From positions 2,987-66,986 of the forward strand of contig CAVUKF010000001.1 in NCBI GenBank assembly GCA_963742025.1: a DNA stretch of 64,000 bases, in the 5' to 3' direction. The DNA is from an uncultured Solirubrobacterales bacterium (GTDB lineage: Bacteria > Actinomycetota > Thermoleophilia > Solirubrobacterales > Solirubrobacteraceae). Positions within the stretch are counted from its first letter, which is position 1. Every line of letters starts with the position of its first letter. The position numbers were made by a program, and so were the translations under genes. Under the pieces are notes generated by a model. The model made no database searches, had not been told where the DNA came from, and saw nothing but the letters and a program-made list of their open reading frames with translations. Shown piece after piece: positions 9,273 to 18,925 of this stretch.

Positions 9273-10529
9273 GTGACGCTCGCGCTCGACGATCTCGCAC
9301 AGGTCGATGTAGCCAGCCCGAAGGTCTACGCCGAGGGCGTGCCGCACGAGGCACTCGCGGCGCTGAGACGGCACGACCCCGTCCATTGGCATCCCTGGCC
9401 GGGGACCCGCGGAGGCTTCTGGCTGCTCTCAAAGCACGCCGACGTGCTCGCCATCGGGAAGGACCCGAAACGATTCTCCTCGCAGCTCGGCCATATCGCC
9501 CTCGAGGATCGTGAACCCGACGCGCTGGCAGCCCGCCAGTCGCTGATCGAGACCGACCCGCCTGAGCACACCCGGCTACGCAAGATCGTCAGCTACGCAT
9601 TCACCCGGACCAAGGTGAAGGAGTACGAGGACTACACCCGGGAGATCGTCCGTGATCTGCTCGGCAAGGCGATCGCCAAACGCGAGTTCGACTGGGTGAC
9701 CGAGATCTCCGAGCCGGTGCCCGTCAACGTGCTGATCTCGATTCTGGGGCTGCCACGCGAGGACATTCCGATGCTGATCGAACTGACCAGCGAGATGGCG
9801 GCCGCGACCGATTCGGAGTACCGGCCGGATCCTGCCAAGTATCCGAGTGACATCGATCCACGGCTGCTTCCGTTCGGCACGCCGGCCGCCCAGCATGTGA
9901 TCGAGTACGGCCACGAGATCGGAGCGCAGCGGCGCGAACACCCCGGCGACGATCTCGTTTCGAGCCTCGTGCACGCGGAGGTTGACGGGGAGCGTCTGAG
10001 CGAGGCCGAGTACGCGAACTTCTTCGAGCTGTTCATCTTCGCCGGCAACGAGACCACGCGGACGGCGATCTCGCACGGGATCCTGGCGCTGATGGAGCAT
10101 CCCGACGAGTTCGAGCGGCTCGCGAAGGACCCCGAGCTGATCCCGACGGCCGTCGATGAGATCCTGCGCTACGCCACACCGGTGATCTACTTCCGGCGGA
10201 CGGCGACGGAGGATCTGGAGATCCGGGGAGTGCCGATTCAGGCGGGGGATCGGGTCGCGATGTGGTTCCTGTCCGCCAACTTCGACGAGGAGGTGTTCGA
10301 GGACCCAATGCGCTTCGACGTTGGGCGGCGACCCAATCCGCACACCGCGTTCGGGCGCGGTGGGCCGCACTTCTGCCTCGGCTCGTTCCTCGCCCGCCTT
10401 GAGATCAGGATCCTGCTCGAGGAGATGCTCACGCACGACGCCCGCTTCGAACTCACGGGCCCACCGGTTCGACTAAGCTCGAACTTCGTCAACGGTTTCA
10501 AATCAATGCCAGTCCGCGTTCGCGACTAG
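9273..10529 (+). CDS. cytochrome P450 (CYP125/124/126-like); true start may be 9226 across a 1-nt indel
   Basis: DPPEHTRLR, AGNETT, EILR (ExxR), FGRGGPHFCLG heme motif. Confidence 0.95.
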   Translation: MTLALDDLAQVDVASPKVYAEGVPHEALAALRRHDPVHWHPWPGTRGGFWLLSKHADVLAIGKDPKRFSSQLGHIALEDREPDALAARQSLIETDPPEHTRLRKIVSYAFTRTKVKEYEDYTREIVRDLLGKAIAKREFDWVTEISEPVPVNVLISILGLPREDIPMLIELTSEMAAATDSEYRPDPAKYPSDIDPRLLPFGTPAAQHVIEYGHEIGAQRREHPGDDLVSSLVHAEVDGERLSEAEYANFFELFIFAGNETTRTAISHGILALMEHPDEFERLAKDPELIPTAVDEILRYATPVIYFRRTATEDLEIRGVPIQAGDRVAMWFLSANFDEEVFEDPMRFDVGRRPNPHTAFGRGGPHFCLGSFLARLEIRILLEEMLTHDARFELTGPPVRLSSNFVNGFKSMPVRVRD

Positions 10530-10574
10530 TGTCGTGACACCCGACCGAAGCACTGGCTGAACAGAGGAGGGGTC

Positions 10575-12011
10575 ATGGCGACCGTCGCATCCACTGCCGT
10601 CGAGCGGCTGTATCTCGCCGGGGAATGGATCCACACAGACGAGTCCTTCGCGGTGCGTTCGCCGTACTCGGGCGAGGTGGTGGCGAATGTCGCCCGCGCC
10701 GGCCAGGACGAGACGCGCCGGGCGATCGACGCCGCGCAGCGGGCGATGCGAGAGCCGTTGCCACCCTGGCGCCGTGCGGACATCCTCGAGCGCATCTCGC
10801 TGCTGCTTCGTGAGCACGCCGACGAGCTCGCGCAGACGATCTGCGCCGAGGCCGGCAAGCCACTGAAGGCGGCTCGTGTCGAGGCGGCCCGGGCCGTGAA
10901 CACATACGCGCTGGCTGCGGGCGAGGCGCGGCGCCTGACCGGCGATTCGGTGCCGATCACGGGCACACAGTCCGGCGACGGGCACGCCGCCTGGACGGTC
11001 CGGGTGCCGATCGGCGTGATCGGAGCGATCAGCCCGTTCAACTTCCCGCTCAACCTCGTCGCCCACAAGCTCGCGCCGGCGCTCGCCGCCGGCTGCGCGG
11101 TTGTCCACAAGCCCGCGAGTCAGACCCCGCTCTCCGCGCTGCGCCTGGCGGCACTCTCGGAGGAGGCCGGACTGCCGGCGGGCTGGCTCAGCGTCCTGCC
11201 GGGCAGGGCGAGTGACGTCGGAGACGTGATCGTGCAGGACGAGCGGATCCGGATGGTGACGTTCACCGGCTCGGCCGAGGTCGGCTGGGGGATCCGCGCC
11301 CGGGCGCCGCGCAAGAAGGTCGCGCTCGAGCTGGGCAACGCCTCGCCCGTGATCGTCGAGCCCGACGCCGACCTTGAGCTGGCGGCGAGCAAGGTGGCCA
11401 CCCACGCGTTCAACTACGCGGGCCAGACCTGCGTCTCGGTCCAGCGCGTGTACGTGCACGACGCGGTGATCGATGAGTTCCTGACGCTGCTGGTCCCGAA
11501 GGTGGAGGCCCTCCGCGTCGGCGACCCAGCTGAGGAGACGACCGACGTCGGGCCGGTGATCGACGCCTCGAACCGAGAGCGGATCCGTGCCTGGATCGAC
11601 GAGGCGACAGCAGCGGGCGCTGAGATCGTCACCGGTGGGGTGGACGAAGGTGGGTTGCTGCGACCGACGGTCCTTCGCCGCGTCGCGCCCGCGATGAAGG
11701 TGTGCTCCCAGGAGATCTTCGGGCCCGTCTGCTCGGTGATCGGCTATGGATCGCTGGATGAGGCGTTCGAGCAGTCAAATGCAACTGAGTACGGGCTCCA
11801 GGCGGCGATCTTCACGCGGTCGCTGCAGCCGGCGATCAGGGCCGCCGGCACGCTCGAGTTCGGCAGCGTGATGATCAACGAGGCTCCCGAATGGCGGGTC
11901 GACCAGATGCCCTACGGCGGCACCAAGGCCTCTGGGAACACCAAGGAGGGCCCTGCCTACACGGTCCGGGAGATGACCGAGGAGCGCCTGATCGTGCTCG
12001 GCGGCGTCTAG
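10575..12011 (+). CDS. aldehyde dehydrogenase
   Basis: ISPFNFP, FTGS, LELG, AGQTC, EIFGP, PYGGTK; GAGGAGG RBS. Confidence 0.95.
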   Translation: MATVASTAVERLYLAGEWIHTDESFAVRSPYSGEVVANVARAGQDETRRAIDAAQRAMREPLPPWRRADILERISLLLREHADELAQTICAEAGKPLKAARVEAARAVNTYALAAGEARRLTGDSVPITGTQSGDGHAAWTVRVPIGVIGAISPFNFPLNLVAHKLAPALAAGCAVVHKPASQTPLSALRLAALSEEAGLPAGWLSVLPGRASDVGDVIVQDERIRMVTFTGSAEVGWGIRARAPRKKVALELGNASPVIVEPDADLELAASKVATHAFNYAGQTCVSVQRVYVHDAVIDEFLTLLVPKVEALRVGDPAEETTDVGPVIDASNRERIRAWIDEATAAGAEIVTGGVDEGGLLRPTVLRRVAPAMKVCSQEIFGPVCSVIGYGSLDEAFEQSNATEYGLQAAIFTRSLQPAIRAAGTLEFGSVMINEAPEWRVDQMPYGGTKASGNTKEGPAYTVREMTEERLIVLGGV

Positions 12012-12025
12012 GGACCTCAGGCTCG

Positions 12026-13120
12026 ATGGCGACCCGGATCCGGGCAGCAGTTCTGCACGAATTCGGGCAGCCGCTCGTCATCGAGGAACTCGAGCTGGAT
12101 CCGCCAAAGGCGGGCGAGGTGGCTGTCCGGATGGCCGCCAGCGGCGTCTGCCACTCAGACCTTCACGTCGCCCTGGGCACCCACCCGACATTGCTCCCGG
12201 TCGTCCTCGGGCATGAGGGGGCGGGTGTGGTTGAGGAAGTCGGGTCAGGCGTGGTCGGCCTGCGCCCGGGCGATCACGTTCTGCTGACCTGGCTGCCGTA
12301 CTGCGGGCACTGCCGAGAATGCGCCCGGGGGTGGCCCAACCGCTGCGAGAACACGGCCTGGTACGACGCCACGCTCGAGGATGGGACATGCAGGTTTCAC
12401 TCCGGCGGGCGGCCGGTGCACCACTACAACACCTCGTCGTTCGCGGAACGCTCCGTCGTTCCCGCGCGCACCGCGGTGAAGGTCGATCCGAGCCTTGCGC
12501 TCGGCGAACTTGCGCTGATGGGCTGCGCCGTGATGACCGGGGTGGGGGCGGTGCTCAACACGGCGCGGGTACGTCCCGGCGACACCGTCGCGGTGGTCGG
12601 CTGCGGCGGGGTCGGGCTCAACGTCGTCCAGGGAGCGCGGATCGCGGGCGCCACACGGATCATCGCGATCGATCTCGTGGCGTCCAAGCTGGAGCTGGCG
12701 CGGGAACTCGGCGCGACCGACCTGATCGACGCGGGCGACTGCGACCCGGTCGGCGCCGTCCGGGAGCTGATCGGAGCGGGTGTCGACCACGCCTTCGAGG
12801 CGCTCGGTCGAACGGAGACGATCGAGACGGCGATCGCGGTGACCGGCCGCGGCGGCCAGGCGCTCCTGATCGGGATGGCGTCGCCAGATGCTCGGGTTGA
12901 GCTCGACGCCCTGACGATGACCCTCGAGGAGCGCTGCGTGCGCGGCTCCTGGTATGGCTCCTGCGTACCACTGCGCGACATCCCACTGCTCGTCGAGCTC
13001 TACCGCGACGGCCGCCTTCGCCTCGAGCCGATGATCACGACCTGCGGGCTCGACGACGTGAACGACGCCTTCCGGCGCATGCAGGCCGGCGAGACGGCCC
13101 GAAGCGTGATCATCTACTAG
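12026..13120 (+). CDS. Zn-dependent alcohol dehydrogenase (class III/AdhD-like)
   Basis: GVCHSD, GHEGAG, CGHCRECARG...C structural Zn, GCAVMTG, GCGGVG. Confidence 0.93.
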   Translation: MATRIRAAVLHEFGQPLVIEELELDPPKAGEVAVRMAASGVCHSDLHVALGTHPTLLPVVLGHEGAGVVEEVGSGVVGLRPGDHVLLTWLPYCGHCRECARGWPNRCENTAWYDATLEDGTCRFHSGGRPVHHYNTSSFAERSVVPARTAVKVDPSLALGELALMGCAVMTGVGAVLNTARVRPGDTVAVVGCGGVGLNVVQGARIAGATRIIAIDLVASKLELARELGATDLIDAGDCDPVGAVRELIGAGVDHAFEALGRTETIETAIAVTGRGGQALLIGMASPDARVELDALTMTLEERCVRGSWYGSCVPLRDIPLLVELYRDGRLRLEPMITTCGLDDVNDAFRRMQAGETARSVIIY

Positions 13121-13124
13121 CCGG

Positions 13125-13964
13125 ATGATCGATTCGAGCGGCCCGACGACGATGGACACGGCCACCCCCGCCGACCCCGGATCGCCGGCGGTCAGGATCT
13201 ACGCGCTGCATTGCGGCGGCGACCTGATGGACTGGGCGGCGTTTGACCCGTTCGACGAGCGGGTCGGGACCAAGGTCTACAACCCGTACTTCATGTACGT
13301 CATCACCCACCCGCGCGGAAACGTTCTGTTCGACACCGGGGTGCACCCGCAGCTCGGCACCGATCCGGAGGCCCGGCTCGGGTCGGCCGCCGCGTCGTTC
13401 GACGCGCGCGTCGCGCCGGAGGACCAGATCGAGGCCCGCCTCGCCACGATCGGGATGAAGCCCGGCGACATCGACATCGTGGTGTGCTCACACCTGCACT
13501 TCGACCACGCCGGCGGACTCGAGTGGCTCACCCACGCGCCGATCCTGGTGCAGCGCGAGGAGCTGAGCTTCGCTCGCGACCCGCCGGTGTACCAACGTCT
13601 GATCTACGTGCCGGGCGACTTCGAGCACGACCTCGACTGGCGCGAACTCGACGGTGATCACGACATCTTCGGGGACGGATCGCTGGTCGCGCTGAGCACG
13701 CCCGGTCACAGCAGGGGGCACCAGTCGCTGATGGTGGCGCTGAGTGGTGGGCAGAAGGTGATCCTGCTCGCCGACGCGACGTACCTGCTGAGCAAGATGC
13801 GTGAGCGCGCGCTGCCGGCGGTCCTCTGGAGCCCCGACGCGATGGTGTCCAGCTGGGAGCGGATCGAGGCGCTCGAGCGCGAACATCGCGCCCTGCTGAT
13901 CGCAACGCACGATCTCGACTATCGCGAGCGCGTGAAACTGGCGCCGGAGTCCTGGTACGAGTGA
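13125..13964 (+). CDS. metallo-beta-lactamase-fold lactonase (AiiA/AttM family)
   Basis: LFDTG, SHLHFDHAGG, TPGHSRGHQS, LADATY, THD. Confidence 0.88.
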   Translation: MIDSSGPTTMDTATPADPGSPAVRIYALHCGGDLMDWAAFDPFDERVGTKVYNPYFMYVITHPRGNVLFDTGVHPQLGTDPEARLGSAAASFDARVAPEDQIEARLATIGMKPGDIDIVVCSHLHFDHAGGLEWLTHAPILVQREELSFARDPPVYQRLIYVPGDFEHDLDWRELDGDHDIFGDGSLVALSTPGHSRGHQSLMVALSGGQKVILLADATYLLSKMRERALPAVLWSPDAMVSSWERIEALEREHRALLIATHDLDYRERVKLAPESWYE

Positions 13965-14962
13965 CGCCGGCCGTCGAGGTCGATGATCCCCTGCCTGCCG
14001 GTCTGGTTGCCGACGCGATCGCTCGGTTCGGCCTGCCGGCGCTGGCGCGCGTCACGTTCGTGCGCCACGGTGAGAACACCACGTACAAGATCGCCGGCCC
14101 GCATGGCCGGCGATTCGCGTTGCGCGTCCACCGGCCCGGATACCAGACAACGGAGGCGATCCGATCCGAGCTCGCCTGGATGGAGAGCCTGCGCTCGGGC
14201 GGCGTGCGGACTCCGGCGCCGGTGCCTGGAGTCGACGGTGACCCTCTTCAGAACGTTACGGCAGCCGGATGCGTCCGGACGGCGGTGCTGTTCGAGTGGA
14301 TCGATGGTGCGCCGCTCAGCGAGGTGGCTGACCTCGAGCCATGGGAGCGGCTGGGAGAGCTGATGGCCCGCGTCCACACGCATGCGCGCACGTGGAAGCG
14401 TCCCGCCCGATTCACTCGTCCCGCGTGGGACGCCGCGGCGCTGGTGGGCGACGATCCACGATGGGGGCCGCCCGATCCGGAGCGGATCTTCGACACCGAC
14501 GACCGTGCTTCCCTGGACGCCTGCCGGGGGGAGGTCGGCAGGCGGCTGGCTGTTTTCGGCACCGGGCCGGATCGGTTCGGCCTGATCCACGGCGACCTGG
14601 GGTTCGCGAACGTCCTGGTGTCCGGCGACGGCACGATCACGATCATCGATTTCGACGACAGCGGGTATGGCTGGTACGCACACGAATTCGCCTGCGTTCT
14701 GTACCCGCTCGAAGGAACCGGCGAACTGGGCGATCGCCGTGACGCGCTCGTCGCCGGCTACCGCCGCGTCAGGGAGTTCCCGGACGAGTCACTACGCGAA
14801 CTGCCGACGTTCTTGATGGCGCGGCGGATCCAGACGTTGGGTTGGCTCTACAGCCGCTCGGAGACCGCGCACGCTGCGCGGCTGCGGGCACACCGGCTGG
14901 CGAGCACTCCGGATGCGACCCGCGCCTACCTGGCTTGGGCTGATGACAACCCCGTCGCATAA
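13961..14962 (+). CDS. APH/choline-kinase-like phosphotransferase
   Basis: GENTTY, LRVHRPGY, SELAW, LIHGDL..NVL, IIDFDD. Confidence 0.87.
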   Translation: MTPAVEVDDPLPAGLVADAIARFGLPALARVTFVRHGENTTYKIAGPHGRRFALRVHRPGYQTTEAIRSELAWMESLRSGGVRTPAPVPGVDGDPLQNVTAAGCVRTAVLFEWIDGAPLSEVADLEPWERLGELMARVHTHARTWKRPARFTRPAWDAAALVGDDPRWGPPDPERIFDTDDRASLDACRGEVGRRLAVFGTGPDRFGLIHGDLGFANVLVSGDGTITIIDFDDSGYGWYAHEFACVLYPLEGTGELGDRRDALVAGYRRVREFPDESLRELPTFLMARRIQTLGWLYSRSETAHAARLRAHRLASTPDATRAYLAWADDNPVA

Positions 14963-14971
14963 TGTATGCAT
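14935..14971 (+). promoter_or_regulatory. internal sigma70-type promoter with overlapping GntR-type box
   Basis: TTGGGC(14935)-17 bp-CATAAT(14958); ATGTATGCAT at 14962-14971 resembles the boxes at 19380 and 24163. Confidence 0.55.
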
Positions 14972-15721
14972 CCCGTGTCTGATCCTCTGATCCTCGTCAA
15001 CTGCTGGCGCCGTGGCCTGCCGACCTTCCTCGGGGAGCGCACCAGGCTCGACACGCTCGACCCCGCATACGCCGAGCGGGTCAGCGACGCGGGCGGGCAA
15101 CCGTTGCTGCTCTCGCGTCCACCTGCCGCGTGTGACGAGTCGGTGCACGAACTGATCGGCATCGCCGACGGTGTGCTCCTGACCGGTGGCGGTGACGTTG
15201 ATCCAGCCGCGTACGGGGCCACGCGTGAGAACGTCGAGGCCGATGACGCGGAGGCCGACGCCTTTGAGCTGGCGATCATCCGCGCCGCCCGCGCGATCGA
15301 GCTGCCGATGCTGGCGGTCTGCCGCGGCGCGCAGCTGATGGCGATCGCGCACGGCGGCCGGCTGTCCCAGCGTCTGCCGGCCGTGACCGGGCACCCGGAG
15401 CTGACCGGCCTGGGGGCGGACCAGATCCTGGCCTCGCGCCACCCGGTGACGCTCACCCCCGGCTCTCGGATCGCCCGCGCGCTCGGCGCCGAGATCGTGC
15501 CCGTCAATACGATCCACCATCACCAGATCGCCGATCCCGGCGAGCTGCAGGTCACCGCCACAGCGCCGGGCGGTGTGATCGAGGCGGTCGAGCCGCGGAC
15601 GAGCTGGGCCTGCGTGGGAGTGCAGTGGCATCCCGAGAAGATGGAGGAGCCTGAGCAGCGGGCGCTGTTCGAGCAGCTCGTGCGTGACGCCGGCGCCGGT
15701 CGCAGGAGGGCCGCCGCGTGA
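14966..15721 (+). CDS. gamma-glutamyl-amide hydrolase (PuuD / peptidase C26)
   Basis: GVLLTGGGDVDP..YG, AVCRGAQ, VNTIHHH, VQWHPE. Confidence 0.9.
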   Translation: MHPVSDPLILVNCWRRGLPTFLGERTRLDTLDPAYAERVSDAGGQPLLLSRPPAACDESVHELIGIADGVLLTGGGDVDPAAYGATRENVEADDAEADAFELAIIRAARAIELPMLAVCRGAQLMAIAHGGRLSQRLPAVTGHPELTGLGADQILASRHPVTLTPGSRIARALGAEIVPVNTIHHHQIADPGELQVTATAPGGVIEAVEPRTSWACVGVQWHPEKMEEPEQRALFEQLVRDAGAGRRRAAA

Positions 15722-16524
15722 CGCCGCTGCGTGGCTACACGGCGCCGCTCTCCCCGGACGGCCGTGCCGGCCTCGTCCCGCCGCCGCCGTGGCACTACTC
15801 GGGCGACTTCCTGATCGCCGAGTACCGTGCCGACCCTGAAGCGGTCGCCGCGCTGCTGCCGGATGAGCTCGAGCCGGCCGAGGACCCCGGTGCCGTCGCT
15901 GCGATCTTCGCCGACTGGCAGTCGTGTTCGGCTGACATGCACGAGCTCGTTGATCCGATCCAATCTCAGTACCGGGAGTTCTTCATCGTCGTCGGCGCCC
16001 GTTACCGCGGAGTTCCGGTCAGCCGCTGTGTCTACATCTGGGTCGACAAGGACTTCGCGATGTATCGCGGCTGGATTCAGGGGTTCCCGAAGAAGCTCGG
16101 CTCGATCCACATGACCCGACTGTTCGCCGCCGGCAAGGCGACCCCGAAACTGCGTGAGGGCGCGCGCTTCGGCGCGACCTGCGCCGCCAATGACCGTCAG
16201 ATCGCGCGCATGGTGCTCACGCTGGAGCACGTCTCGGAGACGGGGCCGACGGTCAACGACCCGCCGATGCACAACACCCGTCACTTCCCGGCCGCCAGCG
16301 GAACCCGCCCGGCGGTGTTCGAGATGGTCCGAGCCGGCGGACGCGACCGCGAGGCCACGCCGATCTGGGAGGGCAGCGCGGAGCTTCACCTCTACGACGA
16401 CACGCTTGAGGACCTGCAGGCGATCGCGCCGTTGGAGATGCTGCGCGGCTACCGGTTCACGTTCGGCTACACCGTCGAAGGGGTCGACGTCGTAGCTCAG
16501 CACCGCCAGGAGGTTGACTTATGA
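15718..16524 (+). CDS. acetoacetate-decarboxylase superfamily, MppR-like aldolase/hydratase
   Basis: GYTAPLSPDG...PPPPWHYSGD, QYREF, YIWVD...RGWIQGFPKKLG (Schiff-base Lys). Confidence 0.85.
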   Translation: MTPLRGYTAPLSPDGRAGLVPPPPWHYSGDFLIAEYRADPEAVAALLPDELEPAEDPGAVAAIFADWQSCSADMHELVDPIQSQYREFFIVVGARYRGVPVSRCVYIWVDKDFAMYRGWIQGFPKKLGSIHMTRLFAAGKATPKLREGARFGATCAANDRQIARMVLTLEHVSETGPTVNDPPMHNTRHFPAASGTRPAVFEMVRAGGRDREATPIWEGSAELHLYDDTLEDLQAIAPLEMLRGYRFTFGYTVEGVDVVAQHRQEVDL

Positions 16525-17366
16525 GACACGTCCGGATCGAGCACCACGGGCAGCCGGTCGATGGCACCCTGGACGGGGGTCAGGTCCACCTCGGCGCGGT
16601 TGAGATCCCCGCCTCCGCGGTCCGCGTGTGGTGCTCGCCGGTGACACCGGGCAAGATCATCGCCACCCATCTGACCTATCGGTCGCGTGCCGAGGAGTAC
16701 AAGATGGCGCGGCTTCCGCAGACGCCGTCGTACTTCATGAAGCCGCCGTCGTCACTGTCGGCGCACCTGCAACCTGTGAGCCGGCCGGCCGGCTGCCGCT
16801 TCCTCAACTACGAGGGTGAGGTGGCGGTCGTGATCGGCCGCCGCTGCCGGGGCGTGAGCGTCGCCGACGCGCTGCAGTACGTCGCCGGCTACACCGTCGC
16901 CAACGACTGGGGCGTGCACGACTTCCGCCATGCCGACCGCGGCTCGATGCTCCGGGTCAAGGGCCAGGACGGCTTCTGCCCCCTGGGCCCGGTGATGGTC
17001 GACGCCGCCGACGTCGACCCCGACAACCTGACGCTGCGGACCTACGTCAACGACGAGCAGGTTCAGGAGGGTCACACCGGCACCGACCTGATGTTCTCGT
17101 TCGCCTACCAGATCGCCGACCTGGCGCGGCTGATCACGCTCGAGCCAGGCGACGTGCTGCTGACCGGCACGCCGGCCAACTCACGTCCGGTGGAGCCGGG
17201 CGATCGCGTGACCGTTGAGGTGGATGGGATCGGCGCTCTGGAGAATTATGTCGTGCAGTCGGAGGAGGAACTGGAACCGGTCGGCGATCAGCCCGCCGTG
17301 ACGGCGCAGACCCTTCACGTGGCACTCGCGATCCCGGAGGATCAGGCGGAGCGGGCCGTCAGCTGA
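16521..17366 (+). CDS. fumarylacetoacetate hydrolase family (HpaG-like)
   Basis: FMKP, YEGEVAVVIG, YTVAND, KGQDGFCPLGP, TLEPGDVLLTGTP. Confidence 0.9.
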   Translation: MRHVRIEHHGQPVDGTLDGGQVHLGAVEIPASAVRVWCSPVTPGKIIATHLTYRSRAEEYKMARLPQTPSYFMKPPSSLSAHLQPVSRPAGCRFLNYEGEVAVVIGRRCRGVSVADALQYVAGYTVANDWGVHDFRHADRGSMLRVKGQDGFCPLGPVMVDAADVDPDNLTLRTYVNDEQVQEGHTGTDLMFSFAYQIADLARLITLEPGDVLLTGTPANSRPVEPGDRVTVEVDGIGALENYVVQSEEELEPVGDQPAVTAQTLHVALAIPEDQAERAVS

Positions 17367-17368
17367 AG

Positions 17369-18070
17369 ATGGCACGCACCGGCACAGCTCCGGCACAGCT
17401 CGGCGCCACACCGCTGGCGATCGCCAGCGTCGTCGACCAGGCGTACGCGGCGATTCGCGAGCGGATCGTCCGGGGGTCACTGGAGCGGGGGGCGCGCATC
17501 CATCAGGAGGACCTGGCTGCGGATCTCGGCGTCTCGCGAACTCCCGTGCGTGAGGCGCTGCGCCGGTTGGCAGCGGAGGGACTGGTGGAGATGCGCACCA
17601 ACCGCGGCGCCCGCGTCGCCGATGTCGGCCGGGACGACATGCGCTCGGCCTACGAGGCGCGGCTCGTGATCGAGCCCGGTGCCGCCCGGCTGGCCGCCGC
17701 CGAGCGGCTGCCGGCGCCGATGGCGCGGATGCGCGCTGCGCTGTCGGCTCAGCGCCGAGCGATTCCGAACGTCCGGCGCAGCTTCGACGCCAACCGTGAG
17801 TTCCACATCGCGCTGGTGCAGGCGTCGGGCAACGACTTCCTGCTCCAGTTCGTGCAGCGTCTGTGGGTCGCCCGGATCGGTGAGGTGATCTACGAGCGCC
17901 AGAGCGAGACGCCGGAGCGGATGAGCCTCGATGCCGACGAGCACGAGCAGATCATGATCGCGCTGGAGGCCGGTAACGGCCGCCAGGCGGAATCGCTGAC
18001 CCGCCGCCACCTCGCTGATGCGATGCGCCGCTCGACCGACCTCCTGCAGCACACGCAGGCGGCACGCTGA
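17369..18070 (+). CDS. GntR/FadR-family regulator (FCD domain)
   Basis: LAADLGVSRTPVREAL wHTH; N.EFH and EH..I FCD motifs. Confidence 0.92.
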   Translation: MARTGTAPAQLGATPLAIASVVDQAYAAIRERIVRGSLERGARIHQEDLAADLGVSRTPVREALRRLAAEGLVEMRTNRGARVADVGRDDMRSAYEARLVIEPGAARLAAAERLPAPMARMRAALSAQRRAIPNVRRSFDANREFHIALVQASGNDFLLQFVQRLWVARIGEVIYERQSETPERMSLDADEHEQIMIALEAGNGRQAESLTRRHLADAMRRSTDLLQHTQAAR

Positions 18071-18085
18071 GCAGCAAGCGGAGGC

Positions 18086-18925
18086 TCAGCCGGCCTCTGG
18101 CTCGTCGAGGACCGTGTTGGTGAGCGTGCCGACGCCGCCGACCTCGACATCAACGGTATCCCCGGCACGGAGATACCGCGGTGGCCGGCGTGAATCGCCG
18201 ACGCCACCGGGGGTGCCGGTCGCGATCACGTCACCTGGCTTCAGCGTCACCCCGGCCGACAGGTACACGATCAGCTGCTCGATACCGAAGATCAGATCCC
18301 GCGTGTTGGCGTCCTGCATCACCTCGCCGGAGACGGTCGTGCGGATGTCGATGTCCTTGAGGTCGACGCCGTCGATCGACGCGATCGACGGCCCCATCGG
18401 GGTGAACGTGTCAAAGCTCTTGCCGAGCGTGAACTGCCGCAGCGGCGTTTCCAGTTGTGCTCTGCGGCCCGAGACGTCGTGGATCGCCGAGATCCCGCCG
18501 ATCGCCGCTCGCGCGTTCGACGCGGTGGCGCGGTACGTGCGACGGCCGATGATGACCGCGACCTCGCCCTCGAAGTCGGGCCGTGTCTCCTCCCACGGGA
18601 TCACGATTTCAGCGCCGGGCCCGATCAACGACGAGGTCCACTTGGCGAACACGACCGGGACGGTGGGAATGTCGAGCTCGGACTCGGCGGCGTGGGAGCG
18701 GTAGTTGAGCCCGATCCCGAGGATCTTCTCGGGGACGACCGGGTGCAGCAGGGTGACTTCCGCAAGGGCGTATTGCGGCCCGTCGCCGCGTCCCAGCTCC
18801 GCCCAGGCCTGCTCGGTCGGGACGAACCCCTGCGGCCCGGCCGGGCCGGCATCGCGAACTGTCTCGTCCTCCAGCGCGCCGATCCGGACCGCGCCCTGCG
18901 GATTCGTGAACCGGACCGCTTTCAT
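18086..18925 (-). CDS. fumarylacetoacetate hydrolase family protein
   Basis: GIGLNYRSHA, DFEGEVAV, GKSFDTFTPMGP, PGDVIATGTPGGVG. Confidence 0.92.
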   Translation of the reverse strand: MKAVRFTNPQGAVRIGALEDETVRDAGPAGPQGFVPTEQAWAELGRGDGPQYALAEVTLLHPVVPEKILGIGLNYRSHAAESELDIPTVPVVFAKWTSSLIGPGAEIVIPWEETRPDFEGEVAVIIGRRTYRATASNARAAIGGISAIHDVSGRRAQLETPLRQFTLGKSFDTFTPMGPSIASIDGVDLKDIDIRTTVSGEVMQDANTRDLIFGIEQLIVYLSAGVTLKPGDVIATGTPGGVGDSRRPPRYLRAGDTVDVEVGGVGTLTNTVLDEPEAG

